Position numbers and translations under genes: made by a program
Assembly: GCA_030704615.1 (NCBI GenBank)
Contig: CM060731.1
Location: 91,450,001-91,514,000, forward strand
DNA: 64,000 nucleotides
Direction: 5' to 3'
Source: Takakia lepidozioides
Lineage: Eukaryota > Plantae > Bryophyta
Notes under the pieces: generated by a model
Told to the model about the DNA's origin: nothing
Databases searched by the model: none
What the model saw: the letters and a program-made list of their open reading frames with translations, nothing else
Shown: piece by piece, positions 1 to 13,574 of the stretch
Layout: each line of letters starts with the position of its first letter
Position numbering within the stretch: position 1 is the first letter of the stretch

Positions 1-352
1 CTCCCTGAAGAAATTTAATATGGAAGACAGCAGTTAGAACATGCTACTGAAAATGTTGGTGATGTACTATGTGTGATGTACTAGCATTGGAAACCTACCA
101 GCTCTAGCCAAACCATAAAATCTCACACTCAATTCACTGTATGGATGTGAGCGGGAATCTAAGGTCTATGATCAATATCTTGTGGATATTGTCATATGTG
201 TAATGCAGGTCATATGTGGAGAAGCAGACATGCCAGTGTTGAACCAAGGATAGATTCATAAATCCAAATTCTGTCAATTTCTGTTGCACCCAACCATCAA
301 AACAACAGGATGTAACATAGGTTAAAGATGGAGTTCGGGTGGTGACATTAAC

Positions 353-3300
353 TGTGTTCTTCTGATAAAGCCAGGGCAATGGCACGGTCAAGTTCCTCTG
401 TGTATTGAGGATCATTGGACGATGAAGTACCTTCATCATCATGCCTTTTCTCCTGCATATACCAATCCATGGGATCCTTCACCAACCACTCTTCTAGGAA
501 ATACGTTAGCCACCATAATACCCATATTGCCCACCAGATTACCCACATTCTCCACATTGGGCTCTCTCTCTACATGTATGGCTCACAAAAATCAACTTGA
601 TAGGGAAGAGTGGAAAGCTCTGGCCCCTCTCTCTTCATGCAAGTGACAACCACAACCCCTCCCACCCCTTCCCACCCCTTTCATTCCACCCTTTCCAATC
701 TCTTCCCTTCCCTAGAGATCACCCTCCAGTCCTTCCCCTTTCCTGCAATTCATACCTTTACGTTTCAACCAAAACAATGGGTGATACTGCTGAATTGTTA
801 GGAGAAGAAAAAAGAAGAAAACGGAAGAAGAGGGACAAACACTTTTATCATGGGGGCATGAAGTTGAGCATCCAGAAAACCACATCAAAAGACTCGGACC
901 TGCCTCTACATACAGAGAGCCTGATGCAGGTAAGCTGCCAAGAATGCATGAGAATGTACTCATGAATTGAGCATGAGATTGTACTCATAAGACGTTGTTT
1001 GCTGTAGCCTTGTGGCCATTGACCCCGCGCCCAGTTTGAGCGGGAAATCGAGCATGAGAGCGAGAGAGAGAGAATGTACTCATAAGACGTTGCTTGCCGT
1101 AGCCTTGTGGCCATTGAGCGCTCAGTTTGAGCGGAAGTGAGAGAGAGAGAGATTGTACTCATAAGACGTTGTTTGCCGTAGCCTTGTGGCCATTGACCCC
1201 GCGCCCAGTTTGAGCGGGAACAAAAGGGACAGAACCTACCTCTGTCAGGGGCTGACGTTGGTAGTGTGACTTACCATCATATATAGAATTAATCCGGGTT
1301 TTCCAGATATCCTCTAGAAATCCCTAAACACAAGCATCAATCTGCTGTGTGTGATTTGCCCAAAAACTAGGCCTCAGGAGGGCCTGGGCTTTTGGCTCAG
1401 CCTCGAGACTTTCAAAGTTGGTAAACAGGGGTACAGGCACAATTCCCTTGATAGAATTGAAGAGAGCGTCTCTTTGGTGAGAGAACCCCGGACAGTGTAT
1501 CAGAAAGTGAATACTGTCTTCAGATTGCCCACACAACGGGCAATTGCACTCTCCCTTTCCTCTCTGCTTCTGTTTGCTGTTCAAAGGTAGGCTTCCTGCC
1601 CTGAGTTTAAATTTCAGTCTAGTGCCGAGAGTGGGTAGACCCTTGAGGTCATCCAAGATGTCCTCCCCCATGTCACTGACTGGAAACAAGTTCAGGGAAG
1701 TTTTCTGCCTAACTTCATTTTCATCAGACAATCTCATGGCAACAGACATGGCTGAGGACACTACAGCCTCTAAGTCAGATTTATCCAGCAGGGTCAAGAC
1801 TTGCGGATCCAGGTCCAGGTCCTTGAGAATCTCTTCTACTCTCTTCTGCCAGGACTTAGCCTGTTTGACAGGGCGGTCCTGTTTCCAAGATATAGAGTCG
1901 ATTAACTTAGGATATCTGGTGTTGGGCATATGTTGCAGCTGACCCCACCATCTGACCTTGAATTCATCTCGTCGGGAGCTTAAGGACGGAATGCCAAACT
2001 CACCCCGAACAGCCACATTGGTTGTTTTGGAGCATGCTGACATACACTCCTTAAGCACCCCCACTTGAATGGATTCTAGAGACTTAGCCTGGTTGGAGTT
2101 ATCAACCCATATAGCAGATCCATACTCCAAGGCAGTTCTAATAATGCGACAAAGCATCGTTTTCTTAACCTCAGAGTTGACCCCTCTGCAGTGGAAAAAT
2201 TTAGTGAGCCCCAGAGCTTTGCCCTTGCCAGTTTGAACAACTTTCCGGATATGTGCATCCCAATTACAATTGGAGGAGAACTCAACGCCCAGGTAAGTGT
2301 AGGAAGGGAGGACCGGGATCTCTTGGCTACCCCACTGCCACGTAAGATCACTTCCTCCCTCTCCTCTGTCGTTGAATGCTACCACTGCACATTTGCTGAC
2401 ATTAGCCTCTAGCCCCCAAAGATCAAAGTATCTCTTCGCGCAATCAATCAACTCCTGGAGATTGGTTGGAGTATCCCCTATGCCTGCGAAGTCATCCGCA
2501 AACATAAGGGCTGGTATGGTGGTATCACCCACCCTTAACCCAAATCCCTCACTTTCCACATCCTCGAGGAGTTGATTGATGAAAACATTGAAGAGCAGAG
2601 GGGAGAGAGTACATCCTTGAGCTACACCTTGGTCTATGTCAAAGAAGTTGGACTTCTGTCCGTTAACAGTGACACAGCTTTTGGTGTGAGCATACAAGTT
2701 GTGGACAACTCTCCACATCTTTCCCTTGATCCCACAAGACCAGAGGCGGAACCATAGGCCATCTCTCCACACTGTGTCATAAGCCTTTTTGACATCCAGG
2801 AAAAAAACATAAGTGGGTTTCCCTTCTTTTTTCCTTCCCTGGATAATCTGGCTTAGAGTGAAGATATGATCCACACAGCCCCTGTTTCGCCAAAAGCCAG
2901 CTTGGCCTTCGTGGAAACAACCTCTAGAATCCAGATCAACCTCGAGACGAGTACTTATAACTCTGCAGAATGTCTTGCCAACAGCATTGAGGAGCGTGAT
3001 GCCACGGTAGTTCCCCGGTTCTTCTCTGTCACCCTTCTTGTATAGATTGACAATGACCCCCTGTCGCCAGCGAAAGGGGATCATTTCAGTCTTCCAGATA
3101 AGGTTAAAGAGGAGAACTAGGGCCTCTATCATGGGATCGCCACCGTGCTTGATAAGCTCGTTGACAATACCATCAGGTCCACCAGCTTTATATCCATTTA
3201 AATGTTCAATTGCTTCCACAATCTCAGAAGAACTAATGGGAGCATTATAAGCCATTGAAATATACTCCAGTTCATCAGGGCTGGTTTGAATCATAGGAAC

Positions 3301-3975
3301 AGTTTTTTCAACTGTGTCCCTCCATTCAGCAGAAGACCCCTCACTGTTAGACCTAGAAGTTCTGCCAAGGATACTGTAGTGAGTTTCAAAGGTTTTGACA
3401 ATGTCAACCGATGAAGTCACCACTGCACCTTTAGTAGTCTTCAGCGCTTGTACTTGCTGACCGTTTTTTGGCTTGTACAAACGTTGAAGGGCCAACCAGA
3501 ATTTCTTGTCATTACCACCATGGTGGTTTGAGTTTATTTCACTGTATAACTTGTCCCAGTATAATTTCTTCTGAGACCTAACAAGCTGATTGATATCTTT
3601 ACGGAGCTGGTAGTACCTCACCCACAATTCTCTGTTGGTTTCCAAATTGCCGCACTCTTTATAGAGGGCTCGTCTCTCAGCTATCTTGAGTTTAATCTCA
3701 TTGGTCCACCAATTAATTTCTCTACCGCAGACAATTAGTTTCCTCCCAATGATCTTGTCAGCCACGGAGGAAACGAAACTCTCCAAGAGTCCACTGCTCT
3801 TTCGACCTCATTTCTTGCGTTAACAGAGCGTGACTGAAGTTCTTGGAGCGATTGGACAAGCCTCTTGCAAGGCCTGGACGTACTCAGCCTTGACCTCCTC
3901 ATTGTGGAATTTTTCTATGCGCCACTTCCGAATCGAACGTTTCACAGATCTCTTGGTGGTGGGAAAACACCTTTT

Positions 3976-4044
<69 letters not shown>

Positions 4045-7000
4045 CTTGTCCTGTCATGACAAGAAAGGATCTGTCAAGACTTGACCAGATCAGAAAGATT
4101 TTTTTGAAAAAAAACCAAGACAAAACAGCCTTGCATTGCAAGGCACCATCACCCTTCTCCTAAACCACAGGCTTGCTCCTGATTTGTTTCACATTTCTGG
4201 GTGATCGGGGTGGGTGGTGGGGTTTGTTAGAAACCCTTCAAAACCCCCCACCTTTCTTCATAGTGACAGACATCATACTGAACAATATTCGTATTCACTG
4301 CACTGTCACACTGGGATTTCCAGAAAGCCGAAATTCGTGCTTTTTAGCATGTCAATGACCTCCAAGTCAGCCTTAACCTTTACTTAAGCAAACCAGTGCT
4401 TTAAATATAGAGATCTCTGCCACGACATATGTCTGAGCATAGTATATAAAACAAGTCTTCCACCATAGCCGAAAGGGGTCTACTTCCATGCTTGAAACAA
4501 AGCACACACACAATTCAAAATGAAACCACTCAGCTGGGCTGTAGACTGAGATTGATCCAAGTCAAGACAGGTCTTCAGAGCCTTCTGGTAACAGATCCCA
4601 AGGGCAGATTACTTCCGTAAAATACTTCCCTCAAGGAAACCTGAGGCTGTCGTCAATCGCTGTGCCATTCTTCTTAGGCAGTGGCTGCCTCATGTGATAG
4701 GTGATTTCCATCATCTATCCAGTGTACTCTGTAGCAAAACTTACACAAACAGCTTAGAAATCCATGAAAAGTGAAGGACCCTCACCTGCGCCCGTCCCAA
4801 AAACCACCACATCCAACAGAATGCGTGTTAGTGAGGATGCGCGAGGTGAGTAGCAGGTCTTCACGCTTGCTATCGCTGTCCAACATGCATTTCTAAGCAA
4901 GTGAAAGATTGCAAGAGTAATAGTGAAGGTGTGATATTGCACAGAACCTTGAAAGTTTGAGGCAGACCAGTCTGCGATTCAGCACGTATCCATTCACGTA
5001 ACAAGAAGTAATTGCAAAGCACAGATAAGGGCTAAGTGTAACTTCCTGTTCGTGTCAACAGCTGAGCCAAAGCTTCCCTATAACTGCATAGGAAGCTCAC
5101 CAGCATAATGAAGGCTAGGCTGCGCTTAAATCTTGCTAGCCGCAGCCTTGTTGAAAAACTCCTGAAGGCAGAGTTCGGTGAGCTGTGTGCCCGACACTGT
5201 CGTAGTTTCAGGTAGCAGCTTAAATTGCAGGGTTAGGGTTCTGAAACCCTAAATTTAAACCAGCACATGGGCAATAAATCCCACAAGGCCCTAGGCCAGG
5301 GAATGAATTTTTCAGCAAGTGTCTACTAGTCAGTTTCAGGACATACATAGGAAAAACTCACTTTATCCCACCTGAAATATTCTACCTGAGATTAAAGAGA
5401 GAATGTACTCATAAGACGTTGTTTGCCGTAGCCTTGTGGCCATTGACCCTGCGCCCAGTTTGAGCGGAACACAAAGGGACAGAACCTACCTCTGTCAGGG
5501 GCTGACGTCGGTAGTAAGACTTACCTTGAAATAGAACATTGATCCGGGTTTTCCAGATATCCCTTCACACAAGCATCAACCTGCTGTGTGTGGTTTGCCC
5601 AATAACTAGGCCCCAGAAGGGCCTGGGCTTTTGGCTCAGCCTCGAGACTTTCAAAGTTGGTAAACAGAGGTACAGGCACAATTCCCTTGATAGATTTGAG
5701 GAGAGCGTCTCTCTGGTGAGAGAACCCCGGACAGTGAATCAGGAAATGAACATTGTCTTCGGGTTGCCCACACAACGGGCAATTGCACTCTCCCTTTCCT
5801 CTCTGCTTCTGTTTGCTGTTCAAAGGTACCCTGAGTTTAAATTTCAGTCTGGTGCCGAGAGTGGGTAGACCCTTGAGGTCATCCATGATGTCCTCCCCCA
5901 TGTCACAGACTGGAAACAAGTTCAGGGAAATTTTCTGCCTAACTTCATTTTCATCAGACAATTTTCTGGTAACAGACATGGCTTTGGACACTACAGCCTC
6001 TAAGTCAGATTTATCCAGCAGGGTCAAGACTTGCGGATCCAGATTCAGATCCTTGAGAATCTCTTCTACTCTCTTCTGCCAGGACTTAGCCTGTTTGCGG
6101 TCCTGTTTCCAAGATATAGAGTCGATTAACTTAGGATATCTGGTGTTGGACATGTGTTGCAGCTGACCCCACCATCTGACCTTGAATTCATCTCGTCGGG
6201 AGCTTAAGGAAGGGATGCCAAACTCACCCCGAACAGCCACATTGGCTGTTTTGGAGCATGCTGACATGCACTCCTTAAGCACCCCCCACTTGAATGGATT
6301 CTAGAGACTTAGCGCAGACGCGTACTCCAAGGCAGATCTAATAACGCGACAAAGCAAGGTTTTCTTGACCTCAGAGTTGATCCCTCTGCAGGGAAAAATT
6401 TAGTGAGACCCAGCGCTTTGCCCTTGAACAACTTTCTGAATATGTGCATCCCAGATACAGTTGGAGGAAAACTCAACGCCCAGGTATGTGTAGGAAGGGA
6501 GGACCGGAATCCCTTGGCTACCCCACTGCCACTTGAGATCACTTCCTCCCTCTCCTCTGTCGTTGAATGCCACCACTGCAACTTTACTGACGTTAGCCTC
6601 TAGCCCCCAAAGGTCAAAGTATCTCTTCGCGCAATCAATCAATTCCTGGAGGTTGGAAGTTCCTTGAGCTACACCTTGGTCTATGTCAAAGAAGTTAGAC
6701 TTCTGTCCATTAACAGTGACACAGCTTTTGGTGTGAGCATACAAGTTATGGACAACTCTCCACATCTTTCCCTTGATCCCAGATGACCAGAGGCGGAGCC
6801 ATAGACCATCTCTCCACACTGTGTCATATGCCTTTTTGACATCCAAGAACAAAACATAAGTGGGTTTCCCTTCTTTTCTCCTTCCCTGGATAATCTGGCT
6901 TAGAGTGAAGATATGATCACACAGCCCCTGTTTCGCCGAAAGCCAGCTTGGCCTTCGTGGAAACAACCTCTAGATTCCAGATCAACCTCGAGACTAGTAC

Positions 7001-9220
7001 TTATAACTCTGCAAAATATCTTGCCAACAGCATTGAGGAGCGTGATGCCACGGTAGTTCCCCGGTTCTTCTCTGTCACCCTTCTTGTATAGATTGACAAT
7101 GACCCCCTGTCGCCAGCAAAAGGGGATCATTTCAGTCTTCCAAATAAGGTTAAAGAGGAGAACTAGGGCCTCTATCATGGGATCGTCACCGTGCTTGATA
7201 AGCTCGTTGACTATGCCATCAGGTCCACCAGCTTTATATCCGCGATTAAAGAGAGAGAGAGATTGTACTCATAAGACATTGTTTGCCGTAGCCTTGTGGC
7301 CATTGACCCCGCGCCCAGTTTGAACGGAACATAAAGGGACAGAAACTACCTTTGTCAGGGGCGGACGCCGGTAGTATGATTAACCTTGGAATAAACAGTT
7401 GATCCAAGATTTCCAGATATCCTCCAGAAATCCCTTCACACAAGCATCAATCTGATGTGTGTGATTTGCCAAATAGCTAGACCCCAAAAGGGCCTGGGCT
7501 TTTGGCTCAGCCTCAAGATTTTCAAAGTTGTTAAACAGAGGTACAGGCACAATTAGAGAGAGATTGTTTGCCGTAGCCTTGTGGCCATTGACCCCGCGCC
7601 CAGTTTGAGCGGAAACAAAAGGGACAGAACCTACCTCTGTCAGGGGCTGACGTTGGTAGTAAGACTTACCTTCATATATAGAATTAATCCGGGTTTTCCA
7701 GATATCCTCTAGAAATCCCTTCACACAAGCATCAATCTGCTGTGTGTGATTTGCCCAAAAACTAGGCCTCAGGAGGGCCTGGGCTTTTGGCTCAGCCTCA
7801 AGACTTTCAAAGTTGGTAAACAGAGGTACAGGCACAATTCCCTTGATAGATTTGAAGAGAGCGTCTCTTTGGTGAGAGAACCCCGGACAGTGTATCAGAA
7901 AATGAATACTGTCTTCAGGTTGCCCACACAACAGGCAATTGCACTCTCCCTTTCCTCTCTGCTTCTGTTTGCTGTTCAAAGGTAGGCTTCCTGCCCTGAG
8001 TTTCAGTCTAGTGCCGAGAGTGGGTAGACCCTTGAGGTCATCCAAGATACAATTAGATTGTACTCATAAGTCGTTGTTTGCCGTAGCCTTGTGGCCATTG
8101 ACCCCGCGCCCAGTTTGAGCGGGAACAAAAGGGACAGAACCTACCTCTGTCAGGGGCTGACGTTGATAGTAAGACTTACCTCCATATAAAGAATTAATCC
8201 GGGTTTTCCAGATATCCTCTAGAAATCCCTTCACACAAGCATCAATCTGCTGTGTGTGATTTGCCCAAAAACTAGGCCTCAGGAGGGCCTGGGCTTTTGG
8301 CTCAGCCTCGAGACTTTCAAAGTTGGTAAACAGGGGTACAGGCACAATTCCCTTAATAGATTTGAAGAGAGGGTCTCTTTGGTGAGAGAACCCCGGACAG
8401 TGTATCAGAAAATGAATACTGTCTTCAGATTGCCCACACAACGGGCAATTGCACTCTCCCTTTCCTCTCTGCTTCTGTTTGCTGTTCAAAGGTACCCTGA
8501 GTTTAAATTTCAGTCTGGTGCCGAGAGTGGGTAGACCCTTGAGGTCATCCAAGATGTCCTCCCCCATGTCACAGACTGGAAACAAGTTCAGGGAAGTTTT
8601 CTGCCTAACTTCATTTTCATCAGACAATCTCATGGCAACAGACATGGCTGAGGACACTACAGCCTCTAAGTCAGATTTATCCAGCAGGGTCAAGATTTGC
8701 GGATCCAGGTCCAGGTCCTTGAGGATCTCTTCTACTCTCTTCTGCCAGGACTTAGCCTGTTTGACAGGGCGGTCATGTTTCCAAGATATAGAGTCGATTA
8801 ACTTAGGATATCTGGTGTTGGGCATATGTTGCAGCTGACCCCACCATCTGACCTTGAATTCATCTCGTCGGGAGCTTAAGGACGGAATGCCAAACTCACC
8901 CCGAACAGCCACATTGGCTGTTTTGGAGCATGCTGACATACACTCCTTAAGCACACCCACTTGAATGGATTCTAGAGACTTAGCCTGGTTGGAGTTATCA
9001 ACCCATTTAGCAGATCCGTACTCCAAGGCAGGTCTAATAACGCGACAAAGCATGGTTTTCTTAACCTCAGAGTTGACCCCTCTGCAGTGGAAAAATTTAA
9101 TGAGCCCCAGAGCTTTGCCCTTGCCAGTTTGAACAACTTTCCGGATATGTGCATCCCAATTACAATTGGAGGAGAACTCAACGCCCAGGTAAGTGTAGGA
9201 AGGGAGGACCAAGATACAAT

Positions 9221-9255
<35 letters not shown>

Positions 9256-10192
9256 TACTCATGAGACATTGTTCGCCACAGCCTTGTGGCTTGTGCCATA
9301 GACTCTGCACCCAGTTTCCCTGGGGAAGTTGGCTTGCCATAGCCTTACGGCCATTGACCCCATGGGAAACTAACCCTCCCAAAGCCTTTTGGGGTTCGCA
9401 CCCACCCGCGCTTCAAGAGAGAAAGAGAGGAGAGCAAAAGAAATCTGCGATGTGCATTGTAGGCCAAAGGGCCCTAAGAACGAATGTGCTCATTGCGCTT
9501 CTCTTTGAAGGTTGTCTATGGTTTGAGCATGAGGTGACAGTCCCACAGGACACCCCGACTTTGGAGCCTTTGACTGAAGTCTGGACACAGGGCAGTTTAC
9601 TTGAACACTCAAACACATGTAGACCACTTATCAATTCCACTTCTGGCCATTATTAGAATGTAATGGTTTTTACCTACCAGGTTATGCCAAGTTTGCTATA
9701 GCCCTTGTGCCCAGCTGCGGGGAATCCAGTTATGGGAATTGAGTGTTGAATTTGGAGCTGGCATCAACATTATAGTAGAGAGCTTGAAGGTGATTCCGCA
9801 TCTACTCCTGTGTCACTCCCTATAGCAGATTTGGAACATGTAGCTGTGGATGCACTACCAGTCACACTATTGAGACAAGGGCGGAAAGAGAGGAAAGATA
9901 TTAAGTTGCATTCCAACCCACACAAGTAGCAGCAAACAGCAGGAACACATGAACCAAGAACAACTGTTGAGAGAAAAAAGAAAAAAAGAAACTTTCTACT
10001 GTCCTCAGAAAGCTCATAGAGCTCATGGGACAAGAAAGCAGGATACAAGCAAGAACGTGGCGCTCTCAACAAGCAGCCCAAAAGCAACTATTCAACTCAA
10101 GAGATTCTCTAAGGTGAAGAGCCTCGTGTAGATATGCTGCCAAAAGAGAAAGAAGGAAACTTTAGAACACACACACACACACACACACACAG

Positions 10193-10251
<59 letters not shown>

Positions 10252-10416
10252 TCATAATCCAGAGGTATAATAGACTACCTCAAAAAAATTGGGGCCATGC
10301 CAGCCGCCCCCTGTATGATTGGTTTGAGGGTATTCACAATGATATTCATTATCCCCATCTCTGTAACGATGGTGCGTCGCTCCTGAGGTTCCAAACAGTT
10401 TATCCAGCCACGTCAT
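353..10416 (-). CDS. 5' coding exons (10416-10279 and 452-353) of a DA1/DAR-like ubiquitin-receptor protein; gene continues off the left edge
   Basis: Exon 1 MTWLDKLFGTS... resembles the DA1 N-terminus and ends at a GT donor (10278, phase 0). Exon 2 starts after CAG (453) in phase 0 and encodes a UIM-like EELDRAIALALSEE. The implied intron is ~9.8 kb; further small exons inside it cannot be excluded. Confidence 0.65.
950..1140 (-). mobile_element. Two ~70-bp LINE 3'-end stubs plus a shorter remnant, separated by GA-rich spacers
   Basis: Repeats of tgtactcataagacgttg...gccattga...cagtttgagcgg matching the 3' end of the LINE at 1151. Confidence 0.85.
1151..3976 (-). mobile_element. 5'-truncated non-LTR retrotransposon (RTE/RTEX-like LINE), copy 1; RT ORF 1324-3786
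   Basis: KAGGPDGI, NYRGITLL, FLDVKKAYD, QGCTLSPLLF, MFADD, YLGV motifs; C-terminal CPLC...HFLIHC knuckle; flanked by (GA)n. Confidence 0.95.
3977..4042 (+). repeat. (GA)n microsatellite
   Basis: Direct reading. Confidence 0.98.
5403..7243 (-). mobile_element. LINE copy 2 (5'-truncated, internal deletions and frameshifts)
   Basis: High identity to copy 1; TSD gattaaagagaga at 5390-5402 and 7244-7256. Confidence 0.93.
7261..7554 (-). mobile_element. LINE copy 3 (3'-terminal ~290 bp, more divergent)
   Basis: Same 3' end; more substitutions than its neighbours. Confidence 0.9.
7563..8048 (-). mobile_element. LINE copy 4 (3'-terminal ~490 bp)
   Basis: Near-identical to the 3' end of copy 1; flanked by acaattaga at 7549-7557 and 8049-8057. 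Confidence 0.9.
8058..9210 (-). mobile_element. LINE copy 5 (3'-terminal ~1.15 kb)
   Basis: Near-identical to copy 1; 16-bp TSD ccaagatacaattaga at 8042-8057 and 9209-9224. Confidence 0.93.
9222..9365 (-). repeat. (GA)n tract followed by older degenerate LINE 3'-end remnants
   Basis: gaatgtactcatgagacattgttcgcc... and gccttacggccattgacccc match the LINE tail. Confidence 0.75.
10167..10248 (+). repeat. Compound (CA)n(TA)n(GA)n microsatellite
   Basis: Direct reading. Confidence 0.98.
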
Positions 10417-11551
10417 TCTTACACTCCCACGCAAGTGTGGTACACCTGTTCCAGAATCTCAGAAAGATAAGAGCGGACGAATTGAGAAGAATCGAGAGAG
10501 TCTAGACACCAGGTAGAGAGTTTAGACGGACGCTCAAAACAGCCACATGATTCCCAAAGAAAGAAAAGAGAGCTCCAAGAAGCCACCGAAAAGGAGTTCT
10601 TTCCCAACTGCAGAAAGCAGGGCTACAAAGCTAATAATTGAAGCATCTTACTTCACCATCTACAAATACAACTACAATTGACCATGAAGGCTCAGGCCAC
10701 AGCTCAGTTTCCTCTCCTGTGAAAACCTACCAAAGAGTTTCCGATTTAATCTTTTCCCGTCCAGATCCGGCAAGGGCGCGAGGAAAGGCAGCTACAGAGG
10801 TAACAAGAGAGCACATGCAGGATCGATAGAGCGAGGAAGCCAACACACAATTAAGGCAATCTGCAGGAGGAAAGAGAGACGTTGAGATTGTAGACAGAGA
10901 ATGGAGAAGAGGGCAATGGGGCAGGGCCCCCCCATAGCCTGTTTTCCAGGAAGGAGGCAGCCACAGTAACCGGAGAAGAAACGTCAAACGAGAAGACCTG
11001 CGACGAACTAGACGTGCCAGTCCTTGTATCCCCTAATTTAATCTTAAAAAATGTTTTAATAATTATAGTTATAATATTCACAATTTGATATCCCTCAAAT
11101 TCCAGGACAGTATGTGTGGTCAGAGAAACGGATGAAGAGTCTGATACGTTCGGACACGCGTCCTTTGAAAGGATGGATGAACACATACAAATGAATCATT
11201 ATGGATAGAATTTCCCTTCTACACCGATTCAGATGAGTGTGGCATGGACTCGGTGGACGGAGGTGGATGGATGTGAACACCCGAATGGATGAAATTTTTA
11301 ACTTGCTCAGAGAAACATTTGTATGATATATAATTTTATTATTATTATTATTATTGTTATTCATATGGAATTGAGCCGGTATGGCCACAGTCTAAAAGTT
11401 GACGCCGTCAACTCCACCCAGGATTCCACACGTGTTGGGTCATCATCTTCTTCGCAGAATGCATCAGCACATTCAGCAATTTAGTTGTGCCCCAAGTAGG
11501 CGCGTAGATAGTCCTCATGAGGTGGGAGATGATCGCTCATGTAGTAGAGAC

Positions 11552-12232
11552 TAGTGTTGGACCGGTATATGGGTCCAAACCGGGTATCAATACTGATATC
11601 AATCCGGGTAGGCAATACCATACCCGGCTGGTAGGTAGGGTGGCCAATACCCAGACAATACCATACTAGGGGGAATACATAGCTTGCTCCATACTATGGT
11701 ATATATCATACCCGTCTGGTATTGTTATGGACAAGATTGGTATTGATACCAATATTGCTGCTATGTGAGCCTCCAACAGTAGGTGTATGTGTGGAGTTAG
11801 GGCCAGGGAATTCAAGGGCATTTATGCATTTATGGCATCTGCTTTATACTCAATGTGCAATGTGCAAAAATACAGGTATGGTATGGTATATTTTTGCATG
11901 TGCAATGTATTTTTGTATGTGCATTGTGCTAATTGTGATCCATTATGAAGGTCAACTCTTTTTCTTAGGTTATTGAATATTTTCTTGAATATACTAAATA
12001 TTTCATATACATACCCGGGGCAATATTCATATTCCCCCATATGAGATGAAAAAAAAAAAATATTGATACCCTACTAATATACATCCACAATTTTACGCTA
12101 TTGGTACCCCTCCTATACCCTACCCGGCCCCCTTACCCCAATACCAGGACCATACCAGTATTGGGAAATGTGGGCCCTTGTGATACCAAGACCACTCTGG
12201 TATCATATTTTCGTGATACCGGTCCAACACTA
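11552..12232 (+). mobile_element. hAT-like MITE (681 bp)
   Basis: TIR tagtgttggaccggtat / ataccggtccaacacta; 8-bp TSD gtagagac (11544-11551, 12233-12240). Confidence 0.92.
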
Positions 12233-12571
12233 GTAGAGACTAGTCCATATAGATTTCTCGTGTCCAAGGGAACAGTAAGTAAAGGAACAAAGGACGGGAC
12301 AACAGAAAGTAGGATAACAAGAGAGGCAAGAACCTCCGTAGAACAAAGTAGTACAGAAACTACAAATTACGAAGAAAAGCCCAATGCAACTCCACATGTG
12401 AGGGAGTATGTGCACCGAGAGTGTGAGTCAATACAGAATAAAGATCCCTAAATGTCCCCATGTAAGTGTGGCCATCTTTGCCCACCCCCACTGCCCATTT
12501 TTCCATGCTTTTCTTTAGTAACCATGGCATCCACTTTGTTCAAAAAAATGGCTTTCAAAAATGCTTGTTAA

Positions 12572-13402
12572 CCCTTAACTTCCTACAGATAGAGTTTTTT
12601 TGCCCTTAAATTTTCTTACCCCTGGACACTATAACCAAGTTATCCACCTATCATAGTACATCAAAAATATGAACCTTATAAATCAGTGGTTACCTACCAC
12701 ATACATCCATATACCAAATTGCAAAAACATTCACCACAAAAATTTCAAGATTATAGTATTTTGGTGGGGGTTGTTTTATTTGAGAAATTTGTCAGGTTTG
12801 ACCAAGCAATTGCACTATCAGGTTGATTTTTGCTGGGCCCACCGCACCCACATCCATATCTTATTCCAAGATATCCAAGTATGCACAAAATTTTATGCTA
12901 AAATGCCAAAGGATGCTACATGCTCCTTTGTATGTATTCTTTGGGGGGTTCAGATATGTTCTAGAACATGGAATTTCTAACATTGTCAAAAAGTGTGCAA
13001 AAATCCAAGATTTTTTTCTATCCGATCGGTGAGAGAATGAGTTCGTATGATCCTCATCATAATGTTAATTTTTTTTTGGAATCCAACGGTGAATTTTTCA
13101 AAAGTTGAGGCCTAAGTGGGGCCAAGTGTTTTGGAGCTGGCTGTTGTATGCACCAATAGAAAGTTGCCACGTACGTAGTCAACCCTGCCTAACCCCTCTC
13201 CTTACCTAACCCCAACGTTTTTGCAAAAATCTGCAGGTCAGGGTTTCACTCCAAATGCATTCATTTCCACTTATGGGTGGGGAGTATCTTGTCAGCAAAT
13301 TTATTGCTTCAGGAATAGTTTAATTTCAATAAAATCTCAGCAAGATATGGGCATTTTTCTTACAGGTCAAGACCCGATTCAGGTCGCGTAGGAAGTTAAG
13401 GG
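12572..13402. mobile_element. piggyBac-like non-autonomous element (831 bp)
   Basis: TTAA at 12568-12571 and 13403-13406; perfect 15-bp TIR CCCTTAACTTCCTAC / GTAGGAAGTTAAGGG. Confidence 0.82.
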
Positions 13403-13574
13403 TTAAAATAGCATCTACATGAGAAGAAAAATATGAATGCCATAATACAAGGTAATCACATGATGTAATCTCGACCACAAAAGAAGGATTGCACCAAAGC
13501 TTGCAAGGACATCATTAAAAACGAGTAGTCAAATTGTAATGTTTTGGAGCTTATGTTAGGTCTGCACTGTAAAG

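Noticed and set aside
7380-9299. 221-aa and 411-aa ORFs as host genes
   Set aside because: They are read-throughs of truncated LINE copies fused across microsatellite junctions.
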